Shown here: positions 1-7,360 of the stretch, in pieces
Layout: every line of letters starts with the position of its first letter
Numbering within the stretch: the first letter of the stretch is position 1
DNA from: an uncultured bacterium
Lineage (GTDB): Bacteria; Hydrogenedentota; Hydrogenedentia; Hydrogenedentales; JAEUWI01
Direction: 5' to 3'
DNA length: 44,241 bases
Assembly (NCBI GenBank): GCA_963977445.1
Contig: CAXBPH010000016.1
Span: 1-44,241, forward strand
The notes under the pieces: model-generated
Seen by the model: only the letters and a program-made list of their open reading frames with translations
Databases searched by the model: none
What the model was told of the DNA's origin: nothing
Program-made: the position numbers and the translations under genes

Positions 1-94
1 TGCCCGACATCATGTCCGACAACATTCCCTGGCCAAAAACAGGCGAAATACCAAGCCCCATTATCAGGAGCGCAACGATTATTCTGGTGCGCAC
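1..94 (-). CDS. 5' end of a secreted protein (partial, runs off the left edge)
   Basis: Minus strand reads GGAGG, 8 nt, then GTG at 94. Translation MRTRIIVALLIMGLGISPVFGQGMLSDMMSG looks like a Sec signal peptide (basic start, hydrophobic core, VFG|Q). Open to the window edge. Not in the ORF track. Confidence 0.75.
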   Translation of the reverse strand, partial: MRTRIIVALLIMGLGISPVFGQGMLSDMMSG

Positions 95-221
95 GAAACA
101 AACCTCCATGTTGGTGCCAACTCCACATCCATCCTACCACAGGGCCCGTGGTTCGGAAAACCGCGCACGCCGTTTTCCCTTGGAGGTCGGCAGGAATCCC
201 ACAAAAGCGATCACGTAAACG

Positions 222-250
222 TTGACTCTGATCGGTCCCGTGCCTATTAT
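222..250 (+). promoter_or_regulatory. sigma70-type promoter for the protease gene
   Basis: TTGACT (222-227), 17 nt spacer, TATTAT (245-250); lies upstream of a GAGGAG RBS and the ATG at 284. Confidence 0.7.
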
Positions 251-283
251 AAAAACGCAGCGCCCGTACCGTGAGGAGTTACC

Positions 284-1546
284 ATGTCCAGGATCGTATT
301 GGGCATCCTGTTTGGATGCCTCCTCCTATGCCCCGTCGCCCCGTGCGAAACCGTCGATATCGAAGGTATCGTCGCTCGCAATATTGGTACCGTCGTATTG
401 ATTTATGGCAAACGTACGGACAACGGTACGCCGGTACAAGGCAGCGGCTGCGTAATTCACCCAGACGGCTACATTCTGGCCACCGCCCACCAGGCCGTTG
501 GCGTATCGGGCTTCAGCGCCAAGTTTGCCGATGGCACCACCATTGGTCTGGACCTGGTCGATGTCCAGCCCGACATTGAGTTCTCCCTCTTCAAGGCAAA
601 GACGCCCCTCTCCTCGATTGCCACGATCGGCGATGCGACACCCCTTCGTGGCGGCGCCCCACTCGTTTCTATTGCCTCGCCCGTCAATCTGGAATTTTCC
701 ACCGTTTCCGGCACGGTAGCCAATCCGAACAAGACCTACGACGGCTACCCGGTCGTGCTTGCGAGCCTGACCGCGACCCACGGGTCCAGTGGCGGCCCCG
801 TCTTTGACCGCCAGGGTCGCCTCATCGGCCTGATCAGCGGCGGCTTGAATGAAGTCGATTTTACCATCATCAATAAAATTAACAATGCCTATCCCATGCT
901 TCAGCATTTCGGCATTATGAACGAAGCCCTGTCCCTGGGTGCTGATGAGGATGTGCTCGTTCCCGTGGCGGGTATCAGCGAAGCCGAGTTGCGAGCCATA
1001 GACGCGTATAACCGCGGGGTCCTGTCGGTCGACGTCGCCGAAAAGCGCAAGGCCTACGAACTCGCCTCTACGCTGCTTCCACAATTTTACGAATCGTTTT
1101 TCAACCTTGCCGTCGCGGAGGCAATCGCTGGGGAGGATTTACGTGCCATTGAGACCTACCGACGGGCCGAAGCAATCCGTCCCGATGCCGTAGAAGTAAA
1201 ACGAAACCTGGGTCGGCTATTGCTGAAGCACAAGGCCTACGATGATGCCGCTGCTGTTTTTTTCGACGCCTTGAAACTGGCACCGGACGAGGCCCAATCC
1301 CACAACGACCTGGGAGAAGCCTATCGTCGTGCGGGAAAACTGGATGAAGCCATACGTAGTTTTACCACGTGCCTGAATTTGAATAGCGATGCACCCCAGG
1401 TGCATTTCAATCTGGCCCTGGCCTATGTGAAGAATGGACAGGCCACCGAGGCCGTCAAACATTTTAACGCCTATCTGGCCCTCTCCCCCAATGCCCGCGA
1501 TGCCGAGCAGGTTCGGAGATGGATTAAAGAACTGCAGGCGTCCTGA
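284..1546 (+). CDS. Secreted trypsin-like (S1/HtrA-type) serine protease with C-terminal TPR repeats
   Basis: Signal peptide; GSGCVIHPDGYILATAH (catalytic His) and HGSSGGPVF (catalytic Ser); about 5 TPRs (FFNLA, RNLG, HNDLG, HFNLA); GAGGAG RBS. Confidence 0.9.
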   Translation: MSRIVLGILFGCLLLCPVAPCETVDIEGIVARNIGTVVLIYGKRTDNGTPVQGSGCVIHPDGYILATAHQAVGVSGFSAKFADGTTIGLDLVDVQPDIEFSLFKAKTPLSSIATIGDATPLRGGAPLVSIASPVNLEFSTVSGTVANPNKTYDGYPVVLASLTATHGSSGGPVFDRQGRLIGLISGGLNEVDFTIINKINNAYPMLQHFGIMNEALSLGADEDVLVPVAGISEAELRAIDAYNRGVLSVDVAEKRKAYELASTLLPQFYESFFNLAVAEAIAGEDLRAIETYRRAEAIRPDAVEVKRNLGRLLLKHKAYDDAAAVFFDALKLAPDEAQSHNDLGEAYRRAGKLDEAIRSFTTCLNLNSDAPQVHFNLALAYVKNGQATEAVKHFNAYLALSPNARDAEQVRRWIKELQAS

Positions 1547-1634
1547 CTATACCGATATAATTGAGTCCGGCCACTCAAGTGGCGAGACAACCGTACATTC
1601 GATTCGACAAAATCTACCATGAGGAAATAGAAGC

Positions 1635-3308
1635 GTGGCTGAACCAAAAATGCCCGAAAAACTGGGTCGCTACGAAGTGGTGCGCGAATTGGGAAAAGGC
1701 GCCATGGGTATCGTCTATGAAGGCAAAGATCCCAACATCGGCCGTCGCGTGGCGATCAAAACCGCCCGACGTGAAGTGGTGGAAGCGTCGGGTATGGCCG
1801 ATGAGATGATGGAGCGATTTCTCCGCGAAGCCCAAGCGGCAGGCGCACTGAATCACCCCAATATCATCACGATCTACGACGCCGCCGAGGAAGACGGGAT
1901 TGCCTACATCGCCATGGAGTATCTCGAAGGCGGCGATTTGGGCGATGTCATCGATTCCAAACGCAAACTGGGCATGGACGAGATTGTCGAAATTGGCGCG
2001 AGCATCTGCGAAGCCCTGGACGTCGCACACGCGAATGGCGTGGTGCACCGGGACATTAAGCCGGCCAACATCCTCATGCCCACGGGGCAGGCGCTGAAGG
2101 TTGCCGATTTTGGTATCGCCCACGTGAGTGACTCCAACCTCACCCAGGATGGGGCCCTCATCGGGACGCCCCACTATATGAGCCCCGAACAGTTCATGGG
2201 ACAGAAACTCGATGGCCGCTCCGATCTCTTTTCCGTGGGAAACATCCTCTACGAATTGACCACCGGCGAGAAGCCCTTCGGTGGCGAAGCCCTCAGCACG
2301 GTAATGCACCACGTCATCAAGACGGATCCGGTGAATCCGACAGAGCTTAATTTCAATGTGCCCGATGCCCTGGCTCAGGTCATCATGACGGCACTGAGTA
2401 AGCGACCGGCCGCCCGCTATGGTTCGGGTAACGCCATGGCCGCAGCGCTGCGGGAAAGCCTGAAAGAGCATCCCGATCCGGCAAAACTCTCTCCCAGCAG
2501 TGCTGTCCTGAGCGCGACGGTCACCGGAACTGCGCCCACCGCGCAAGGTGCCACCGTAGTCGGCGGAACCCCACCGGTAGACGCAACCCTCCCCGGCGGT
2601 GCCCCCGGCGCTCTCGAGTCCACCGTGGCGGGCACTCCCCCTGCGGTCGAGGCGACCTTACCCGGAGGCGCACCTGCCGCCCCCTCGGCAACCGTGGCGG
2701 GAGGTGGCCCCGCGCCCGAAACGCCCGAGCAGTTGGCCTCCACCATACCCGGTGCCACACTCGACCCAACGCCTGCTGCGGCCACCGCTGGCCCCAACAA
2801 AGGCATCCTTTTCGGTGGCATCGCGGCGGCTCTCGTCGTCGTCATTGGTGCGGTCATGGTCCTTTCGGGTGGCTCTTCTGATACGCCAACAGCCGGTACC
2901 ACGCCCCCTGACATGGGAACGCCAGAAGGAAACGGTACGGTTCCAGCGCCTGCCGATGCCCCCTATTTCGCCAGTATTCAGCTCGATATCTGGCGCGCCC
3001 CAAATGATGAAATCATGAAGAAGCACGATCGAAACAACATACCCATGAGAGATCTAGGTCCCCTGGACCCGGTCGACGCCATCGATCTCACCGTTACGGA
3101 TGGGGAAAACAACGTGTTGTACGAAGGAAAGGGGGTTAGCGCCGACACCCTCTTCAAATTCCCGGCCGATGCCCGACCAGACAAACTTCAAGTGAATATC
3201 ATGCTGGACGGCATGAACAAAACGATTTCCATCGATAGTCCCGCTGTGCCCGGCGATAGTGCCTTGCCCCAATCCATCCTCCTGCCGCCACTCCTTTCCG
3301 GTTCGTAA
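1635..3308 (+). CDS. Hanks-type (PknB-like) transmembrane Ser/Thr protein kinase
   Basis: LGKGAMGIVY, VAIK, HRDIKPAN, DFG and GTPHYMSPE motifs; Pro/Ala/Thr-rich linker; one TM helix (ILFGGIAAALVVVIGAVMVL); small extracytoplasmic domain; GAGG upstream of the GTG start. Confidence 0.95.
   Translation: MAEPKMPEKLGRYEVVRELGKGAMGIVYEGKDPNIGRRVAIKTARREVVEASGMADEMMERFLREAQAAGALNHPNIITIYDAAEEDGIAYIAMEYLEGGDLGDVIDSKRKLGMDEIVEIGASICEALDVAHANGVVHRDIKPANILMPTGQALKVADFGIAHVSDSNLTQDGALIGTPHYMSPEQFMGQKLDGRSDLFSVGNILYELTTGEKPFGGEALSTVMHHVIKTDPVNPTELNFNVPDALAQVIMTALSKRPAARYGSGNAMAAALRESLKEHPDPAKLSPSSAVLSATVTGTAPTAQGATVVGGTPPVDATLPGGAPGALESTVAGTPPAVEATLPGGAPAAPSATVAGGGPAPETPEQLASTIPGATLDPTPAAATAGPNKGILFGGIAAALVVVIGAVMVLSGGSSDTPTAGTTPPDMGTPEGNGTVPAPADAPYFASIQLDIWRAPNDEIMKKHDRNNIPMRDLGPLDPVDAIDLTVTDGENNVLYEGKGVSADTLFKFPADARPDKLQVNIMLDGMNKTISIDSPAVPGDSALPQSILLPPLLSGS
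2511..2765 (+). repeat. Intragenic degenerate tandem repeat (69 bp / 23 aa) in the kinase juxtamembrane linker
   Basis: ATLPGGAP is encoded at 2583 and 2652, 69 bp apart; [AS]T[VLI]xG recurs roughly every 11-12 aa. Confidence 0.75.
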
Positions 3309-3392
3309 TATATTGGACTTAGTGGTAGAATTCCCAAGGATGCAATCACTGCAGTAAATTTACGACTGGTATAACTGGTTGGGGAGAACTCA

Positions 3393-5309
3393 ATGAAACA
3401 ACTACATCTGGCATTTTGCGGGCTGCTGTGTGCGGCCCTGTTGATGGTCCCGGGGCAGTCCCGGGCCGATTTCTATGCCGGCGACCCCTGTCCTGACATT
3501 CAGGCGGAAGACGTCTTCGGTAACACCGTCAATATCAGCTCGATTCTCGACAAGAATCCCGATCTGGTCATTTTGTACTTCTTCAAGCCCGATACGGGTG
3601 AAGCCCTGGCCGTGAAACTACAGCGCCTCAAGCGCATGTACAGCAAAGACGACCTCTCCATCATTGCCTTGGGCATGAAGTCCGACCAGGCGGCCCTGAA
3701 GGCCTTTGCAGAGCGTATGAAGGTCGAGTACTACCTCCTCGCCGATGACACCATCAACAGCCAACCCTGGTATTCCAATGTGACGGTCACGCCCCTCACC
3801 CTCTTCGTCTATACGCCCGAGCGCTCCGTCGAGCGGGTTATTCGTGGTGGGGACGAGAAGCAGGCCGATCTCCTTCGGGAAGTCGCGGAAAACCTGTATC
3901 AGCAGCGTAAGACCGACAAAGCCGCTGCGGTCACGGCCGTCGCCCTGGAAGCCGGGGAAGACGCCAACGCCGTAAAAGAGCTTTCCGGCTATATCCTCCT
4001 CGCCGAGGGCAAGCTGGACGAAGCGGAAAAAGAATTTGGTCAGATTGGTTCCCAGTCGGGCCTCGCGAAGGTAGCCCTGGAACAGGGTGATTATGCCGGT
4101 GCCATTGCCGCTGCGGACAAAGCCGGTGATGATGGCTACGCACTCGCCGTCAAGGGCCAGGCCCAGATGAAATCGGGCGACCTCGATGCCGCCGGTGCGA
4201 CGCTGAAGATGGCTGCCAACGCACCGATTGATGGTTGGCAGAAGTCGGAAGCGGTCAACGCGCAAGGCCGACTGGCCCACAGCACGGGCGACCTCGACAC
4301 CGCCATTACCACCTACGCCGAAGCCCAGTCGCTGGACCAATATAACGTCGCGGCCCTGAGCAATGAAGGCGCAGCCTATCGCGAACGGGGTGGCGAAAAC
4401 GACCTTGTCATGGCCAAGTCCACCCTCGAAAAGGCCAGCAACATCCGCGACGACGAACTTTCGTCCCTCATGTTGCAGCAGGTACAGGCCGAGCTGGAAG
4501 AAGCCAACGATATCAAACGGGGTGAACTTATCCAGGGCCTTATCAGTGACCTGGGCAAGCGCTACGAAGAATTGAAAGCCAAGGGCGAGGCCGAACCGGT
4601 AGACCCCTGGTCCTCCCGGCCTGTTGTATTGGCCTTTCTCCCCGGTGAAACCAAAGGGAACTTTGTCTTCGACCGGGCCGGAACCGATGTCGTGCTGCAG
4701 CGTGAAATCGAATCCCAAGTCCAGGGCAAGGACGGTATCCAGGTCGTCGAACGTGTCATGCTCGACAAACTGCTCCAGGAACTGAACCTCGGTAGCTCCG
4801 AACTGGCCAGCAGCGACACCCAGCGCCGTCTGGGCAAGGTGCTTTCCGCCGGTCACCTGGGCTTCATCGATTTCGCCCAGATGGGTTCAGAAACCCTCCT
4901 TTATCTCCGCCTTATCGACTCCGAAACAACGGGCATCTTCTTCCAGACCTCCGTATCGGTGGACGAGGCAAACCCACGGGCAGTCGTTGCCTCCGTCATC
5001 GATGAGTTGACCGCGAAGCTGGCCTCTGCCGAGCCCCTTCAGGGACTTATCGCAGACGCGGCCTCCAATGACGCGGTTATCGTCAATCTCAGCAAGAAGC
5101 ACGGGGCGAAAGAAGGCATGGTCTTCAACATTCTCGAAGAAGGCGACCCCATCAAGGTGGGCGGCAAAGTTATCGCCCACCGCCAGAAGCCCGTTGGCCG
5201 TCTCACCCTCACCTCGATAGAGGATGACTACGCCATCGGCACCGCATCCAATCTTCGCGACGGTGTCACCCTCACCGGTGAAATGAAGATCAAGGAAGTC
5301 AGCGAGTAA
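3393..5309 (+). CDS. Secreted multidomain protein: redoxin/thioredoxin-like fold + TPR repeats + CsgG-like domain + FlgT C-terminal-like domain
   Basis: Signal peptide (SRA|D); GDPCPDIQAEDVFGNTVNI..VILYFF resembles an AhpC/TSA N-terminus; central TPR helices; IQVVERVMLDKLLQELNLGSSEL..RLGKVLSA resembles CsgG; VIVNL..HGAKEGMVFNI..G..I..VGRLTLTSIEDDYAIG resembles FlgT_C; GGGGAG RBS. Confidence 0.75.
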   Translation: MKQLHLAFCGLLCAALLMVPGQSRADFYAGDPCPDIQAEDVFGNTVNISSILDKNPDLVILYFFKPDTGEALAVKLQRLKRMYSKDDLSIIALGMKSDQAALKAFAERMKVEYYLLADDTINSQPWYSNVTVTPLTLFVYTPERSVERVIRGGDEKQADLLREVAENLYQQRKTDKAAAVTAVALEAGEDANAVKELSGYILLAEGKLDEAEKEFGQIGSQSGLAKVALEQGDYAGAIAAADKAGDDGYALAVKGQAQMKSGDLDAAGATLKMAANAPIDGWQKSEAVNAQGRLAHSTGDLDTAITTYAEAQSLDQYNVAALSNEGAAYRERGGENDLVMAKSTLEKASNIRDDELSSLMLQQVQAELEEANDIKRGELIQGLISDLGKRYEELKAKGEAEPVDPWSSRPVVLAFLPGETKGNFVFDRAGTDVVLQREIESQVQGKDGIQVVERVMLDKLLQELNLGSSELASSDTQRRLGKVLSAGHLGFIDFAQMGSETLLYLRLIDSETTGIFFQTSVSVDEANPRAVVASVIDELTAKLASAEPLQGLIADAASNDAVIVNLSKKHGAKEGMVFNILEEGDPIKVGGKVIAHRQKPVGRLTLTSIEDDYAIGTASNLRDGVTLTGEMKIKEVSE

Positions 5310-5328
5310 TTCAACCAATAAACGTCGC

Positions 5329-5366
5329 AACACCCCGCACGGCACCAAGCCCTGCGGGGTGTTTTA
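5329..5366 (+). terminator. Rho-independent terminator
   Basis: 11-bp stem AACACCCCGCA (5329-5339) / TGCGGGGTGTT (5353-5363) followed by a T-rich tract, 20 nt after the stop at 5309. Confidence 0.8.
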
Positions 5367-5445
5367 CGTTTGCCCAAATAGTTGGGACAATTGGAAATGG
5401 TTGCGGCAAGCTCGGGAAGCGTACCCAACGAAAAAAGAATATCAT

Positions 5446-5546
5446 CGGGTGGCACGGACAAGCCTGCAAGGGCTTGCCCGTGAGGGGGCCGAATTCCCCG
5501 TCAGGCCAACCTCGCAAACAGCAGGACATACACGCCCACCGAGATA
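5446..5546. repeat. Intergenic palindromic repeat, copy 1 (REP-like / structured element)
   Basis: 5446-5533 matches 5632-5719 at 85 of 88 nt; contains the hairpin CACGGACAAGCCT-GCAA-GGGCTTGCCCGTG. Confidence 0.9.
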
Positions 5547-5631
5547 GTCTGTTCTGGGGCGAAGTCCAAATCCCGAACGCTTCCACTGCGTCTCCAAACA
5601 TTGTTTACTACGCGGGCAAAAGGAAGACTAC

Positions 5632-5733
5632 CGGGTGGCACGGACAAGCCTGCAAGGGCTTGCCCGTGAGGGGGCCAGGTTCCCCGTCAGGCCAACCTCG
5701 CAAACAGCAGGACATACACCTCCCACCGAAATA
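5632..5733. repeat. Intergenic palindromic repeat, copy 2
   Basis: Direct repeat of copy 1 at a 186-bp offset; within the 88-nt core it differs only at GAA versus AGG in the second loop. Confidence 0.9.
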
Positions 5734-5806
5734 ACTTAATCTCGATGACGACCTCCAGAGCGACGTATATCGGTCCGTGCAATACGACGACACGGCGACG
5801 CGACAC

Positions 5807-5836
5807 AAAAACGCCACGAACCGAAAGTTCGTGGCG
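5807..5836 (-). terminator. Rho-independent terminator of the DUF2231/cytochrome gene
   Basis: Perfect 10-bp stem CGCCACGAAC / GTTCGTGGCG with a 5-nt loop; AAAAA at 5807-5811 gives a U-tract on the minus strand. Confidence 0.85.
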
Positions 5837-5870
5837 CAAAGCGTTTATCTTATGATGTACTACCCTGAAA

Positions 5871-7253
5871 TCAGGCCTGATTGGCCAATGCCGGTGCGGC
5901 CTCTTCCGCAGGAGCGGACTCTTCCACGGGTGCCGCCTCTACAGGTGCCTCGGGCGCTTCAGCAGCCACCGGTGCATCTTCCGTAGCAGGTGCCGCCTCC
6001 GGGACCGTTTCGGGAGCGGGCGCATCGACTGGCGCTTCAACTGCAGGAGCGGCGTCCTTCATTTCTTCTTCGGCGGGAGCCGCGTCTGGAACCACTTCGG
6101 GAACGGGTGCATCGGCGGGAACTTCTACAGCGGGAGACTCTTCCTTCATTTCCTCAACGACAGGAGCGAGATCCGGGGTCGCTTCGGAAACCGGAGCATC
6201 GGCGGGGGCCTCTACAGCAGGAGCTTCCTCCGTCATTTCTTCTTCCACGGGGGCAACTTCAGGAGCAGCCTCCGGCGCGGGGGTTTCTTCCGTCATTACC
6301 GGTTCTGCGGGAACACCAGCGTCAGCAATGGCTCCATCATCGATAGCGCCGGCAGCAATCCACATGCGCAGCATATGGAGGTCGTCCTCGCTAAGGGGGT
6401 CTTCGTCTTCGGGCATACGCGGATTCACCTTGCCACGAATGTATGTAATAATCGAGCTTTCGTCGGGCTTACCGGGAACGACCCCAGGGCCACCTTTTTT
6501 CCCAGACAGCAGCATTTTCTCGACAGACGTAACTTCATAATCGCCGTCGGCATCGGGGGACTCATGGCATACAACACACTGATCATCCAACAAAGGCCAG
6601 ACGTCACGGGTATAGCTCACCAACTTGGCTTCTTCCATATCGATCTCGCGGATGGGAATCCAGTCCGCCGATGGATCAGGTTCGGGCTCGACCACGACGA
6701 CTTCTACCATGGGGGTTTCTTCAGCAGTGCCCTCGGACACCTCCTCCGTCGGCTCCACAACCGCAACAGGCGTTGCCTTCTGATGTATCAGGGGCGTCCC
6801 TACGCCTTCATTGTAGACCAGGGCCCCACCCATGTGGCCCGTCTGGGCCACGAGGATATTGACGACGAAAGCGCCAACCGCAGCGCACAAGAGGCCCCCA
6901 ATCCGAAAGAAATTCACCGGAATCAGGGAAATCAAGACGAAGGCCAACGTTGCGATACCCCCGTAGAGTACCCGCTCCGCCGAATGGGCGTGGGCTGAGA
7001 TCTGGTCGGAGACCGCCGTCGAAATGGTATTGGGCACGAGATCACGGGCATCTTCACCCGTTTCAATGCCCACCCAGGCCGAAGCGACGAGAATTACGAA
7101 AATCAGCACCGTAGCAAGACGAATTGCCGTGCTTCGCTGGAAGATCGCGCTCAATATGATAAATATAAAGCCGAAAACAGCCGCCGCTATGGGCATATGT
7201 ACCGCAGCAGCGTGCATCATTGAAGGATTGGAAAAAAGTTCAGCAAAATCCAT
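5871..7253 (-). CDS. DUF2231-like membrane domain fused to a planctomycete-type cytochrome c domain, with a Pro/Ala/Glu repeat tail
   Basis: HAAAVHMPIA and GHMGGALVY (DUF2231-like); VSYTRDVWPLLDDQCVVCH heme motif, VVPGKPDES, RMP and WIAAGA (PSCyt1-like). Start moved to the second ATG (7253) because AGGTGG directly abuts the first. Confidence 0.85.
   Translation of the reverse strand: MDFAELFSNPSMMHAAAVHMPIAAAVFGFIFIILSAIFQRSTAIRLATVLIFVILVASAWVGIETGEDARDLVPNTISTAVSDQISAHAHSAERVLYGGIATLAFVLISLIPVNFFRIGGLLCAAVGAFVVNILVAQTGHMGGALVYNEGVGTPLIHQKATPVAVVEPTEEVSEGTAEETPMVEVVVVEPEPDPSADWIPIREIDMEEAKLVSYTRDVWPLLDDQCVVCHESPDADGDYEVTSVEKMLLSGKKGGPGVVPGKPDESSIITYIRGKVNPRMPEDEDPLSEDDLHMLRMWIAAGAIDDGAIADAGVPAEPVMTEETPAPEAAPEVAPVEEEMTEEAPAVEAPADAPVSEATPDLAPVVEEMKEESPAVEVPADAPVPEVVPDAAPAEEEMKDAAPAVEAPVDAPAPETVPEAAPATEDAPVAAEAPEAPVEAAPVEESAPAEEAAPALANQA
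5982..6242 (-). repeat. Three 87-bp (29 aa) tandem repeats in the C-terminal tail
   Basis: Units of the form EEM(T/K)xxxPAVExPxDAPxxExxPxxAP; Met codons at 6060, 6147 and 6234, exactly 87 bp apart. Confidence 0.85.
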
Positions 7254-7327
7254 GGACATCCACCTGTAAGCTAGTCCCCGAGAAAAGAGTAAAAAACGAA
7301 AAAGTACGGTAACACACCGCGCTGGGG

Positions 7328-7354
7328 CGTAGTCAACTTCCCCCGTTGACTGCG
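7328..7354. promoter_or_regulatory. Inverted repeat between the outer-membrane factor gene and the cytochrome gene (operator or RNA hairpin)
   Basis: CGTAGTCAAC-N7-GTTGACTGCG; each arm contains TTGACT on one strand. Confidence 0.45.
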
Positions 7355-7360
7355 AGCACC

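Noticed and set aside
3618..4856. 412-aa minus-strand ORF
   Set aside because: Antisense to a well-supported gene; typical of high-GC codon bias; no motifs.
5450..5468. sigma54 promoter (TGGCACG) inside the repeat
   Set aside because: No TTGC at the required -12 spacing, and no gene start downstream on that strand.
5446..5733. CRISPR array
   Set aside because: Only two units of about 90-100 bp with an ~85-100 bp spacer; the sizes do not fit CRISPR and there are no cas genes in the window.
5474..5734. 86-aa ORF spanning the repeats
   Set aside because: It is a translation of the DNA repeat with a TTG start and no SD, and it lies between two terminators.
5881..6540. 219-aa Ala/Ser/Gly-rich ORF on the + strand
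   Set aside because: Antisense shadow of the low-complexity repeat tail of the cytochrome gene.
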